Shown one piece after another: positions 22,865 to 36,837 of a stretch of DNA of 64,000 nt. The notes below the pieces were generated by a model, which was not told where the DNA came from, did not search any database, and worked only from the letters and a program-made list of their open reading frames with translations. The position numbers and the translations under genes were made by a program. Each line of letters starts with the position of its first letter. Within the stretch, counting starts at the first letter, position 1. The DNA is from Octopus vulgaris (Eukaryota): NCBI GenBank assembly GCA_951406725.2, contig OX597832.1, positions 60,202,001 to 60,266,000 on the forward strand, in the 5' to 3' direction.

Positions 22865-24300
22865 ACGTGTGTGTCTGTCTGTTAGCTTGTCTGTCTCTGT
22901 TTATGTGTGTGTATGTGTGTGCATGTATGTGTGTGCATGTATGTGTGTGCATGTATGTGTGTGCATGTATGTGTGTGCAAGTACGTGTATTTGCATGTAT
23001 GTCTATGTGCGTGTATGTGTGGTTGTATGTGAGTGCAAGTGTGTGTGTATATGTGTTTGCATGTATGTTTGTATGTGGGTGTATGTGTGTGCCTGTGTTT
23101 GCATATGCGTGTAAGTACATGTGTCTGCATATATGTCTATGTGTGCGTATGTGTGTTTGTATGCATGTGTGTCAATGTGTGTGTATGTATGTCTGTATGT
23201 AGGTGTATATGTATGTGTGTGTAAGTACATGTGTCTCCATGTATGTCTATGTGTGTTTGTATGTGTATGCGTGTATGTGTGTTTGCATGTATGTATATAT
23301 GTGTGTATGCGTGTTTGTATCAATGTGCGTGTGCATGTTTGCATGTGTGTCTATGTGTGTGTACGTATATGCATGTGTGTGTGTCTGTGTTTGTATGTGT
23401 GTGCAAGTACGTGTGTCTGCATGTATGTCTATGTGTGCGTATGCGTGTTTGTATGCATGTGCGTGTATGTGTATTAGCATGTGTGTCTATGTATGTGTAT
23501 GTGTGTTTGTATGTGGGTGTAGGTGTATGTGTGTGCATGTATGTGCGTGTATGTATACTTGCATTGCCTATGTGTATGTATATGTGTTCGTGTGTGTGTA
23601 TGCGTGTGTGTGTGATTGCATGTGTGTTTATGAATGTGTATGTGTGTTTGTAAGTGTGTGTGTATGAGTGTGTGCATATGTGTGTGTATTGTGCCAGTTT
23701 AGGTCCTGTATGTGTCTCTATGAATGTAGGCTTGTGTGTGTGTATATATATACACATGCGTATGTGTGTATGTATGTATGTGTGTGTATACTTGTGTATC
23801 AGTTTGCTTTGTAGTTTGTGTGTGTAGATGTACGAGTGTATATGTATGTGTATGTATGTGTTTGCCTGAGTGTGTCTGTATGGCATTGTTCACTTGTGTG
23901 TGAGTGTATATATGTGTGTATGTCTGTGTGCTTTATAGGTTTGTGCATGTATATGCGTGAGAATGTGTGTGTGTATGTATAACAGTATAGTCTTCAGTGT
24001 GTCTATGTATGTCTATATATTTGTGTCTGTATGCCTCTGTTGGCTTGTGTGTGTATATAAATAAGTATATATGCCAATGTGTATGTGTGTGTCACGCGTG
24101 TGTGTACATTTGTGTGAGTGTGTGTGTATGTAAGCTGCTGTAGGCTTATAGCTGAATATGTATGTGTGTGTGTAGGCTAATATAGGCTTGCGTGTGTGCG
24201 TTTGAATGTTTGTATGTCTCAGTAAGTGTGTATATGTATGGTGTGTATACACGCATATGTGACAACACCCCATGGTGTGTGTGTGTGTATTTGTGTGTTT
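22865..24300. repeat. Long degenerate (TG/TATG/CATG)n low-complexity tract
   Basis: Direct reading. Confidence 0.9.
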
Positions 24301-24339
24301 GGGATTATTTCACCTCAAGCAGTGGACGTTAAACTTGCA

Positions 24340-24410
24340 TTATTCTCCTCACTCATTCTCCCTTCTTCCCCCCTCTCTCTCTCACTCTCGTTTTCTCTCT
24401 CTATCTCTCG

Positions 24411-24449
<39 letters not shown>

Positions 24450-24820
24450 TCTTTCTGTCTGTCAGTTTTTTCTCTCTCTCTCTCTCTCTCTTTCATTTTC
24501 TCACACTCTTTCATATTTCTTTCTCTATCTCTCTCTTTGTCTGTCTTTGTCTCTCCTCCTCACTCTTTCCCTTTCTCTCTCTCTCTCTCTTTCTCTATTT
24601 CTCTCTTCAGTTTTCTCTCTCCCTCTCTCTCCCTCTCTCTCCCTCTCCCTTCTCACTCTCACCACTGATACTCTCATCATCTCTTTCCCTCTCTTTATTC
24701 TTCGTCTCCAATTTTCTGTTTCGATTACTCCCTCTTTCTCTCTCTTTCTTTCTCTCTCTCTCTCTCCCTTCCTCCCTCTCTCTGTCTCTCTCTTTCTCAC
24801 CCTCTGTCCTTGCCTTCCTT
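24340..24820. repeat. Degenerate (CT)n polypyrimidine tract
   Basis: Direct reading. Confidence 0.9.
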
Positions 24821-25847
24821 TCATTCGGTAAATCTGTATTAATTTAAGCCAACACTTGACTGCAAATGCGCATTAGTGTTGTGCACTCACCACCCGATAA
24901 ATATGCGTTATTCTACCGTTAGCATTACAATTTATATATACATTATCGTCCTTCCTTCATTGAAATCGAGTGGGTAAGAGACGCTGGATAGCACAAACCC
25001 CGTGGAGAAGCTTCATGAATATTCATATATAACAGAGGCGACTCTAATTATGATGAAATAGAATGCAGAGAGAGGAGAGCTCTTCGAGGAGAAAATGGCA
25101 TATACAGAGCAATGCCCAGACGGAAGTAAGCTAGAGAAAAGAGAATGGAAATAAAGGGAGAGAATTAAGAATCTTAAATGTATAAAAATGTACAAAAATA
25201 TATATTGAAGCTAACCTAAAAAAATGGGGCTTATTTAAAGAGAATAGGCGTAAAGAAAATATAAATAATAGTCGGAACGTGGAGGGGGAAAAAAAAGCGT
25301 GTATTTTCGGGTAAGTTTATTGGCACATTGGAGCTGAAGAGTGGAAATGTGGAGCTGATTTATCACGGAAAAGGGAGAAAAAAAATGGGAAATAAATAAA
25401 TGAATAAAAAAAAAATCTTAGGAGGAAAACAGAAACAACGAGAGAGAGGGAGAGAGAGAGGTGGAATGGAAAAAGTGTTAAAAATGGACCTGAGCGAAAA
25501 TTTGAAATTTGACAAGTAATCACTTTTGAAATAAGTAAATAAATAAATAAATGAATAAACAAATAGATATATAAATAAATAAATAAAGATGGCGGTAAAT
25601 GAAGGGAGATTTAGATGACTTTTACAGCAGAAGTCGACTTAATCTCGCTAGATTTAAACAACGGCTTGAATATTTCATTGCAGAAAGTAAATTATTATTT
25701 GTGACAAGGTCCTGTGTAAATTTTGTGATAAAAGAAAAACAACCAGTTATTACACACGTATCAAAAACGGTAACAAAAAAACATAACCTCCATCACACAC
25801 AGACACACACACATATATGTGTGAATGTGTATGGACAAGATGTATGC

Positions 25848-25886
<39 letters not shown>

Positions 25887-26197
25887 TATTATAAATAGAG
25901 AGAGAGAGAGATACATATATATATATATATACATACATATATATATATATATAAATATACATTATATTACATGCATATATATATATGCTTTTGTATGCAT
26001 GTACATGTGCGTATAAATTTACGCATGCATGTGTGGGTGTGCATATATATGTGTGTGTGCGTAAATATACACACACACTATACATACATACATATATATA
26101 CTTGTAATTGCATGTATATCTGCGAATATATTCATGCATGTATACATGTATATATGTATATATATATATATGCATGTATGTATGTATATACATACAT

Positions 26198-26280
<83 letters not shown>

Positions 26281-26396
26281 CTATATATGTAAGCAACCAA
26301 ACGCGTAGACAAAGAAAGTACACAAATGTACGCTTTTGAATACACACATACAGACGCTCATACACACACGCGTATCATATATATACATACATACAT

Positions 26397-27052
26397 TGTA
26401 AATACAACAGACCTGGTATAATGCTTTGGGATAGAGAAGAGAAACTGTGCACTGTTGTGGAGATTACCTGCCCAGCGGATGTTAACATAAAGCTGAAGAT
26501 GAGCGAATAGAATACCCTATGCTGAACTATTTAGAAATCTGCAGTTGCTCTATCCAGATTACACGTTCAGGTTCATACCTGTAATTATTGGGGCCCTGGG
26601 ATATGTAACACACTGTCTAAATACCAATCTTGAGAAAAGACATTTCTCAAAACCAGAACTGATTTGAAGACAACAGATCCAATCCATCACAGGAACTGTA
26701 AAGATCTGTAAAACTTTTCAGAAGTTTATCATTTAAATATAGAAGAGCATGTCTAGATATTCAACTATATGCATGAGAACACATACATCAAGCAAAACAT
26801 ACAAATCTTTACATATACATACATACATATATACATGCATGCATGCATAAATGCATACATACATACATACATACATACATACATGCATACATACATACAT
26901 ACATACATACATACATACATACATACATACATACATACATACATACATACATACATACATGCTGATGTTGAAATTCCAATGAAGAAGCCTTGGGTCTAGG
27001 TTAGAAACCGGCTTTTTATTGGCAAGAAATCTTGAAATAAAACTGAATAATG
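26397..27052 (+). mobile_element. 3' fragment of an RLE-type (R2-group) non-LTR retrotransposon associated with (CATA)n
   Basis: CKYNRPGIMLWDREEKLCTVVEITCPAD...FIPVIIGALGYV...KTFQKFII* with frameshifts; 3'UTR contains and is flanked by (CATA)n; UTR homology to 38625-38690 (-). Confidence 0.75.
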
Positions 27053-27292
27053 ACATGCGTACATACATGTATAAAAGATGTCATATATATAAATATATAT
27101 ATCTATCTGTGTGTAATGTGTGTGTGTTTGCGTGCACACGCGTACATACATACATACATACATACATCAAATACTTGATTTCATCGACCAAGAATGGATG
27201 AAATGCAAAGTTAACATTGGCCGGATTTTAACTCACAGCATATGTAGCTTGGACAAATATCGCGATGCATTTTGTCCGACACCTTGAGACGT

Positions 27293-27346
<54 letters not shown>

Positions 27347-27824
27347 CGATGATGATGAGAAGGAAGAGCGGGAGAAGGAATGATGATGATGATAATGAGG
27401 AGAAGGAATTAATTTGCCACAGGGTCATTAGATGTAGGTGACATTTCGAGGACAGTAAACAATTCGTGGGGAAGGTTTACATAAAAGTATGAGGCGAAGA
27501 ATGGGGTAGGATAGACAGGTAAATAAAACAAAAACTATCCATGCCCCATCGCCTGTCACGCGGGAAACCAAGTTTCGATTACACGCCGGGGAGGCGTTAG
27601 TATACATGAGAGCACGTACGGCAGTATGAATAGAATATTGGTTTCCAACCACACGGTTGCATGTTCAGTCCTGCTGCGTTGCAATTTGGGAAAGTGTGTT
27701 CTACTATAGACCAAAGCCTTGTGACTGGATTTGGAAGACGGAAACTGAAAGAAGCCTGTCGTGCATATATATATATATATATATATATGAATAATATATA
27801 TATATATATATATGAATAATATAT

Positions 27825-28275
27825 AGTCTATTGACTAAATTTTTTGCGCTAAGCCACTGGTAATAAAAAAATTTCTATAATTCTTATTACCCTAATATTA
27901 TTTCTTATGTTTAAATGATTTTTGATAAATTTGTTCGAGGTTTTACCGGCATCCTCTCTGTTGCCGAAAATAGACTGCGACTGTGCAGTGGATTTGAAAA
28001 GTTAGAATATACAAACAATGAGTTTGCATGCGGAATCGATTCGTTGTATGTATATTTAAAATCTAAGGCTACCCACTGATGAAGACGGCCTCAGTAAATC
28101 TGTTTTTACTGAAATAAGTCAGAAACCATGGTCTGGGAATTAAATTAGATGGTAAATGTTTTTACTTTTCATTCCCTTCGAGAATTTATCCCTAATTAGT
28201 GGCTTGAATTTATAACTGTTCTTTCTAGCGCAAGGTTTTCCTATGATGGAAGCCTCTTAATAAGTTTTAATGTAC
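27825..28275 (+). mobile_element. PLE-like/retrozyme-like element in (TA)n carrying hammerhead ribozyme
   Basis: Unique ~450 bp between (TA)n tracts; HHR at 28061-28150. Confidence 0.65.
28061..28150 (+). ncRNA. Type I hammerhead ribozyme (predicted cleavage after GUC, C28133)
   Basis: Stem I CCCA(28072-75)/TGGG(28134-37) plus ATCTAA/TTAGAT; CTGATGA 28076-82; stem II GAC/GTC with inner TCAGTAAA/TTTACTGA; GAAA 28122-25; palindromic stem III ACCATGGT. Confidence 0.8.
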
Positions 28276-28283
28276 ACGATTAT

Positions 28284-28348
<65 letters not shown>

Positions 28349-28874
28349 TTTGTGTGCATATGTATATATATATTTATGCGAGTACGTCTGTGTTCGTGTC
28401 TGTCCCCCACCAAAGCTTGACAACCTGTGTTGGCTTGTTTACGTCCCCGTCACTTAGCAATTCTGCAAAAAGAATAGAGCAATGTGCTGGAGCCGATTTG
28501 TTCGACTAAATCTTGGAAGGCGGTGCCCCAGCATGGCCGCGGCACATTGACTGAAGCGGCTAAAAGGAAAAAAAGGATTTTAAGTTAACACATGACCGAT
28601 GCAGTTCATCCTCATGAATGAAAGCTTCGAAATAGGGCCCATCAAGAAACCCCACAGATCAAGGGTCCAAACGGCACAAACCTTCGCCCAATCGTCCTCC
28701 GATATGCAGACACATGTTTAGGGTAGTTTCATTCGTTCTAACACCTTTTTTTCCACAGTCATCCACCACCTTTTTGATCAATTCACTGGGGAGGGGACAC
28801 TTTCCTTTCCATGGCCGTCACTCATCCTCTTCTGCCTTAGTTACTGGACAGACCAACACCGCTTTTAATGATAA

Positions 28875-29092
28875 TAATCCTTTCTCCTGGAAGCACAAGG
28901 CCTCAACTTTGGGGAAAGCAATAAAGTCGATTACATCAACCCCACTGCGTAACTGGTACTCTTTTAATCGACCATGAAAGGATAAAAGGCAAAGTCAACC
29001 TCGGCGGAATTTGAACTCAGAAGGTGGTGACGGGTGAAATATCGCTCAGCATTTCGTCCGGCGTGCTAACGATTCTGCCAGCTAGCCGCCTT
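28875..29092 (-). mobile_element. SINE family A
   Basis: Full head, B box, Meta-like domain and ordinary tail in reverse complement. Confidence 0.85.
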
Positions 29093-29094
29093 AC

Positions 29095-29188
<94 letters not shown>

Positions 29189-29193
29189 ATAAA

Positions 29194-29266
<73 letters not shown>

Positions 29267-29267
29267 G

Positions 29268-30210
29268 TCCTTTTTCTATTATAGGCACACAGCCTGAAAT
29301 TTGGAGAGGGGGGGGTCAGTCGATTACATCCCACCCACGACGCAATTGGTACTTAATTTATCGACCCCGAAAGGATGAAAGGCAAGCTCGACCTCGGTGG
29401 AATTTAAACTCAGAACATAAAGACATACAAAATACCTATTTCTTTACTGCCCACAAGAGGCTAAACATAGAGTGGACAAACAAGGACAGACAAACCGATT
29501 AAGTAGATTATATCGACCCCAGTGCGTAACTGGTACCTTATTTATCGACCCCGAAAGGATGAAAGGCAAAGTCAACCTCGGCGGAATTTGAACTCAGAAC
29601 GTAACGGCAGAAAAATACCGCTAAGCATTTCGCCCGACGTGCTAACGTTTCTTATTTCTTTATTGCCCACAAGGAGATAAACACAGAAGGGACAAACAAG
29701 GACAGAAAAACGGATTAAGTCGATTAAATCGACCCCAGTGCGTAACTGGTCCTTAATTTATCAACCCCGAAAGGATGAAAGGCAAAGTCGACCCCGGCGG
29801 AATTTGAACTCAGAACGTAGCCGCAGACGAAATACTGCTAAGCATTTCTACCAGCTCCCCGCCTTAACAACGGCAGTAATCTTTTCTGCTCAAGGCACAA
29901 GTCCCGAAATTTGTTGGGTGGAGGCCAGTCGATTAGATCGACCCCACTACGCAACTGGTACTTAATTTATCGACCAACGAAAGGATGAAAGGTAAAGTCG
30001 ACCTCGGCGGAATTTGAACTCAGAACATAAAGACAGACGAAATATCGCTCAGCATTTCGCACGGCGCACTAACGATTCTGCCAGCTCGACACCTTGACCG
30101 AATGTAATATTCTTTTTTATTCTTGGCACAAGGCCCGAAATGTGGAGGGTTGTTGGCCAGTCGATTAGATCGACCCTATTACGCAACGATTCTGCCAGCT
30201 CAACGCCTAA
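29268..30210 (-). mobile_element. Cluster/tandem array of about 5 SINE family A units, two with Tx1-like tails
   Basis: Repeated B boxes and Meta-like domains; junctions at 29436/37 and ~29652/53. Confidence 0.85.
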
Positions 30211-30696
30211 CAAATGAAGAAATAATAAGAACTATCAAAGTGAAGAAAGTGAAAACAAGGAATGCGAAATACAATGGTGTTGGATATGGAATAACCTACC
30301 TGGATATGAGGAATGGGTGTATGGGAAGGTAACTTATACAATTCAGTGAAAATAATAAAATATGCTTGAAAATAAAAGAAAATTATGAAACAAAACCTAA
30401 ATGTATGAAAGTATATGTACGTGTTGTGCATGTGTGTGTGTGTATGTGGTGTGTAATGTGTATGTGTGAGTACATACGTATGTAGACGCAAGCCTTACAT
30501 GCATGTATTGCATATAAATCTACATGAGAAAACGAACACATGTATACATATAATTGGTGGTATGCATATATCAATGATCATACATATATACACACAAACA
30601 TACATATATGCGTGTATATGTATATATACATATATATACGTGTATATATATATATATGCATATATATATATATATGCATACATACACACACATACT

Positions 30697-30742
<46 letters not shown>

Positions 30743-30876
30743 ATGTGTGTGCGGGTTAATACTACGTATCACACAAGGCACGGCACTCTTATATATACAC
30801 TTGAATTTAAACATGTAAATATATGTGCATGTGTTTGTGTATGTGTGAGTGATTAATTGTAAGTGAATGTATATTA

Positions 30877-30909
<33 letters not shown>

Positions 30910-31182
30910 TAATGTATGTATATATTTATAGAGAGAGAGGGGGATAAGCTGGAGATTGGGAAAGACAGAGAAAGAGAGAATTGTTGACAGAGACATGGAT
31001 TAGATTTAGATTTAGATTTGAAATGGTGGAAGGGAAGTTCGGAGAAGAAACATTATGTAAATTATGATACAAACACTTTTAAGTGGAAAAGCAATGCACC
31101 AATTACATAAGTGTATGCGGAACTACAGATGTATTACGTACGCATACATATCCATATATGTATACATATATATATACATACA

Positions 31183-31267
<85 letters not shown>

Positions 31268-31512
31268 ATATATATATATACATGGATGTGTCCGAGCATG
31301 TTTAGGTGTGTGCGTATTGGGTTGTAAAAGAAAGAAACTTGCTTCTAATTGCTAATTAGAAGCCTTTTTACAGATATGTTATTGGCTGTGACACATTCAC
31401 AGCAAGTGGAACGTGAGGCGAATCCCAGAGAGAGTTATGTTCCTCCAATGTTTGCATAAAGCTATGACTAACTTCGATAGGTTGCAGGTTTGTGTATATA
31501 TGTATATACATG

Positions 31513-31551
<39 letters not shown>

Positions 31552-31643
31552 ATGTATTCATGGTTGTAATATATTAACACATACACACACGCTCACACAC
31601 GCTCACACATATATAGTATACACATATGTGTACAAATGAATGA

Positions 31644-31758
<115 letters not shown>

Positions 31759-31932
31759 TATATGTATATATATATATATATATGTATATTTGTATATATA
31801 GACGTGTTTGCGCGTGTGTGTGTGTGCGTGTATATATATATATGTTCATATATATGTATATATACATACGTATAAACGCATACATATATAATATGGATAA
31901 TATATATTATGTATACACACAGATACACAAAC

Positions 31933-31969
<37 letters not shown>

Positions 31970-32107
31970 TATAACACATTGTTACTCATTTTCACTATTG
32001 CGTTTCATCTTTGTTTCTTTCTCCTCCTCCTCCTCTTCCTTCTCATTCACATTGTTATTATTCTTATAACCATTATTACCAGGAATACTAATTGTTGGAG
32101 TAGCTAA

Positions 32108-32482
<375 letters not shown>

Positions 32483-32959
32483 TACCGATGTCTTAGCTAT
32501 TGTTGCCATGGATATTAGGAGATCATTAATGTTCATTTTATTTATTTGTTTATTCATTTATTAATTAATTTATTTATTTATAGTTTTATCTATTTTTTTC
32601 CTGTTTTACACTTTTTCGAAAAATACGTCGAGTGTTTTTCCTAAATGTTTACTTTGCTGCTCGCTTTGTTATGCTTTTAAAACAAAAACAAAAACAAAAC
32701 AGAAACCCATCACTACGATCACTACAGCAGCGAACTCTAATATTGTAACTCCACGTTCATGTTTTACTATCGCTTCAACAACCACTAACACCACCGCCAC
32801 TGCCACTACCACTGCCAACACCGTCAAGCTCTGCTAGATATAACAACTACAACCCACTCAGATAAGAACATACAATCTTTTGAAAGATGTGATCCCGTCA
32901 ATCTTGCAATCTTAGTCTTACACACACAAACACACAAACAGACACACACATGTGCATCC

Positions 32960-33023
<64 letters not shown>

Positions 33024-33111
33024 ACATACATACATATATATATATACATATATATGTTTATTTATATATACATATATATACATATATATACAAATATATA
33101 TATGCATATAC

Positions 33112-33165
<54 letters not shown>

Positions 33166-33180
33166 TTTCTTGCTTTCTTA

Positions 33181-33398
<218 letters not shown>

Positions 33399-33399
33399 T

Positions 33400-34130
33400 A
33401 AAAATACAAAATGGGACAAGAACGCAAAACACTCAAAGAGACGACACAAAAAACGGACGGGTCATTCGAAGCCTCTAATCTTCAGTCAAGAACCGGATCA
33501 ACCTCGCAATTTCGGCTGATTAATCTTGAGATAGCTCCGATCCGACCAGCCCCAAGGAAAAAATTAGCTACGAGCCTTAGATTTCTTGGAAAAAGGATAG
33601 AATGTATACGAAACAAGAACAGAAAAACGACGATGCCACATGAATATAAATACAAAAAACAATAATAGTAATAACAGGACAAAAACAGCGGGTGTCTTAC
33701 GACTTTAGACAGTTCAACTTAGCTTAACTGGCGTATTTGGAAAATATGCCTTTACGGCAGACGAAGAAAACGATGTTGTCCTGGCGGTGGTCAGAAGCCG
33801 AAAGGCTAGCTGACCAGCGGTCACGTGAGAGGAGAAGAGAGAGAAAAAAGGGGGCAAGGGAATCAAAGAGAGAGAGAAAAAGAGGGACAAAGTCACCAAA
33901 GAGGGGGGGGGAGAAGCGAGAGAGAGAGAAAAAATTAAAGAGGGGAGAAAAAAGAGAGCGTGCCAAGGATTGGCTTGGCGACAGAATCAGTGAGGTGCAA
34001 AGTGAGAAAGACAGAGAAATGTAAGAGAGTGGGGGAAGAGGAGACCAAAGAATCAGAGGCGAGAAAAGAGAAAGAGAGAGACTAGTGAAGTATAGAGAAA
34101 GTGTGTGTAGAAGTCGTACAATAGTGGAAT
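33400..34130 (-). mobile_element. ~0.6-0.7-kb non-coding element at (TA)n, homologous to 45010-45640
   Basis: Shared TTTTTCCTTGGGGCTGG...CAGCCGAAATTGC...GACTGARGA...CTTCGAATGACCC...GTTTTGCGTTCTTGTCCCATTTTGT. Confidence 0.7.
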
Positions 34131-34162
34131 GCTTACATACATAAGAGAAAAAGGAGGTACAT

Positions 34163-34495
34163 AAATGAGGTTTAAAATTTACTACAGCTGTTTCGAGAGG
34201 TTTTTATTGATGGTTTCACAGATTACACTAGTGCATAAATCCAGTATCGTCACGAAAATTTTAAACCGGTATAAAGAGACTCGATAAAAAATAACCTGAT
34301 GATCATCTATCCAACAATCGCCATGATGAGTAAACGTTGTTTGTAGGATATGTCATCATCAAGGTTTATCCTTGCTGGTTTATAACCTGTCCAAAAAATT
34401 TACCTGACGATGGTGGATTTATGCTATGATGTAATCTATAAAGGCGTCAATAAAATTTTACCGAAACAGATGTAGTAAATGTTGAACCCCATTTT
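34163..34495. mobile_element. Imperfect ~330-bp palindromic element with hammerhead motifs in both arms (opposite strands)
   Basis: Left arm 34163-~34316 is the reverse complement of right arm ~34340-34495. Confidence 0.75.
34399..34479 (+). ncRNA. Type I hammerhead ribozyme (predicted cleavage after GUA, A34474)
   Basis: TTTAC-CTGACGA(34404-10)-T-GGT...ACC-GAAA(34463-66)-CAGATG-TA-GTAAA; mirror arm shows palindromic stem III ACAGCTGT. Confidence 0.65.
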
Positions 34496-34544
34496 TGTTC
34501 TTCTTCGTGTATGTATATATATATGTATATATGTGTATATATAT

Positions 34545-34722
34545 AGTGAGAATTTACAAAAAAAAAAAACGAAGGCGGATGTGTGAACAACAAACAGGTG
34601 TATTAGTTTAACGCTCGAGAAGTGAGAAAGTCTTTTACGTTTTGAGCCTACGCTCTTCGACAGAAATAAACAGGGAGAGAAAATAGAAAAAGGTTTAGTG
34701 GCTAGCGATCTTTCATGGCGAA
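34545..34722 (-). mobile_element. CUGUNGA-variant minimal hammerhead element
   Basis: RC TTT-CTGTCGA-A-GAGC-GTAG-GCTC-AAAACGTA-AAAG; homologous to 16187-16400. Confidence 0.7.
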
Positions 34723-35136
34723 TGTATATATGTGTGTGTGTATGTGTGTGTTTGTGTGTGTGTGCGTGTATATATGTATGTGTGTATGTATATATGTATG
34801 TGGTGTATACACTATGTTATTGATGCTGGAAAAAACTTTACAAAGTGCTACTCAGAGTTTCGCGTAACCGTTCGTCAGTCAGTTACGAGAATTCAGAGAA
34901 ATATTATAATTTGATAAGTATTTATAAGTATTTATATATGTTCGTGTAATATATCTTTTATCTTTTATTGTTTCAGTCGTTTGACTGCGGCCATGCTGTG
35001 ACACCACCTTGCAGAATTCCAGTCCGACGTATCGAGTCCAATATTTATTCTTTTGTTAAAGCCTGATAACTATTCTACACTCGTGGTACTGCATCAGGGC
35101 ATTATTGTTGTTGTTGTTGTTGTTGTTGTTGCTATT

Positions 35137-35290
35137 AAGGTGGCAAGCTGACAGAATCGTTAGCACGGCGGGTGACTTTGCCGTCTTCCTTTCAGGGTGG
35201 ATAGATTAAGTACCAGTCAAGTACTGAGTTGATGTAAACGATTATCCCCCTCCCCACAAATCGTTGCCCTTGTGACAAAATTTGAAACCC
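35137..35290 (+). mobile_element. SINE family A with internal deletion (B box lost)
   Basis: Head GGTGGCAAGCTGACAGAATCGTTAGC joined to Meta-like domain. Confidence 0.7.
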
Positions 35291-35309
35291 AGCAGTAGTG
35301 GTAGCATTG

Positions 35310-35370
<61 letters not shown>

Positions 35371-36211
35371 CAATGTGTACTCATGTATCTGTATATACGT
35401 GTGTGTGTGTGTGTGTGTGTGCATTTGTAAATTAGGTGGTTTGAATAATTGTTAATAACACGTGATTGTTTAATTAGTGTCGCTAAAATAACTTACAGTG
35501 AACTTAGAATGAACTATCCCTCTTTCCTTCTCTCTTTTGTCTCTCTTTCTCTCTCCTTCTCTCTCTCTCTCTCCTTCTCTCTCTCTTCTTCTCTGTCTGT
35601 CTCTCTCTCTCTCTCTTGGGGAGTGTTTCAATAACGGACAGTTTTATTGTATGCTGTGTCTGACTTTTGGCATTCCAGTCTATGGAATCTTTTCGTTAGG
35701 ATTGGTAAGACCAGAACTTGTCAATATTACATATTTCTGTCCTCCTCCTTTTAAATCTAAATACGTCATTTCATTGTTGGGTTTTAGATTAAATTTTAAG
35801 ATGGAATTAATTGGCTTCGTCTCCATCTCTAAGAATTTCAGAATCGTTAAGCCTTATACTTATGAGAAACGTGTCACCTACATTCCGGCAATGATAGGTG
35901 AGTTAGTTGTTGAAGTAGTTGTTGTTGTTGTCGCCGTCTTTGTGGATGTTACAGCTTAGAACCACCTCAAACCTAAGATCGATTTTCATAAGTCAAGTTT
36001 CCTAATAAGTCTGCGATCAAAAGAATCTTTTGCCAAAGATGCCTCAGCCATCTTCATCCCGTCTAAATTATCATCATCATCATTATTACTACTACTACTA
36101 CTACTACTACTACTACAAACAGGGTCGATAAATTAAATACCATTGAAACACTGAGATAAAGTAATCGACTGGTCCCCTTCCCCTAAAGTTCAGGCCTAGT
36201 AATAAAGATTA

Positions 36212-36280
<69 letters not shown>

Positions 36281-36281
<1 letters not shown>

Positions 36282-36488
36282 GTACAAGTTGGCTCCAAGT
36301 TTCACCCAGAGACCTCAAGAGACAACAGGTTGGAAGTTCGTGTTGTTGTTATGCCTAGTGTGCCATATATTTGGTTTTGTATTTAGTGTTGTACTAGTGA
36401 ATGTCTAAAAAAAAACCCTCGAAAATTATGTTTGTTTTAAAAATTGAGGTTACATAGAAAATATTTTGCGTAGGATATGAGCAGTTCC

Positions 36489-36490
<2 letters not shown>
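36281..36490 (-). mobile_element. 3' end of R4/Dong-like element inserted in (TAA)n
   Basis: RC begins GTAHILRKIFSM*, then 3'UTR ending ...CAACTTGTACA|TAATAA; (TAA)n on both sides. Confidence 0.7.
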
Positions 36491-36557
<67 letters not shown>

Positions 36558-36639
36558 TGTTGTTGTTCTTGTTGTTATTATTGTCGTCGTCGTCATCATC
36601 ATCCTCATTGCATATTTCTCTTTCTCTCTCTACTTCTGG

Positions 36640-36835
36640 TCACTTCAGCCACGTAACCACACACGTGCTTTTCTTAGACATTTTTTCCTTCTCTCCGAAT
36701 CTTTCCTCTGTCCTCTTTCTGACGAAGAGCCATGTTCGAAACGTTCTACCACCCCCATATTCTTTCAATCTAAAACTGAGCGTCAACCTAATACAGTTAC
36801 AGTGACTTTCATTTTTATTTTTATTTTCGATTATT
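36640..36835 (+). mobile_element. PLE-like short element with minimal hammerhead core
   Basis: CTGACGA(36719-25)-A-GAGC-CAT-GTTC-GAAAC-GTT; stem I partner not evident. Confidence 0.6.
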
Positions 36836-36837
36836 TC

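Larger units (their letters stand above)
27620..28570 (+). mobile_element. SINE family B split by (TA)n expansion and a nested hammerhead element
   Basis: Head/core 27620-27765, tail 28385-28570. Confidence 0.75.

Noticed and set aside
29268-30210. CRISPR-like regularly spaced repeats
   Set aside because: Eukaryotic SINE units with homologous, not unique, intervening sequence; no cas genes
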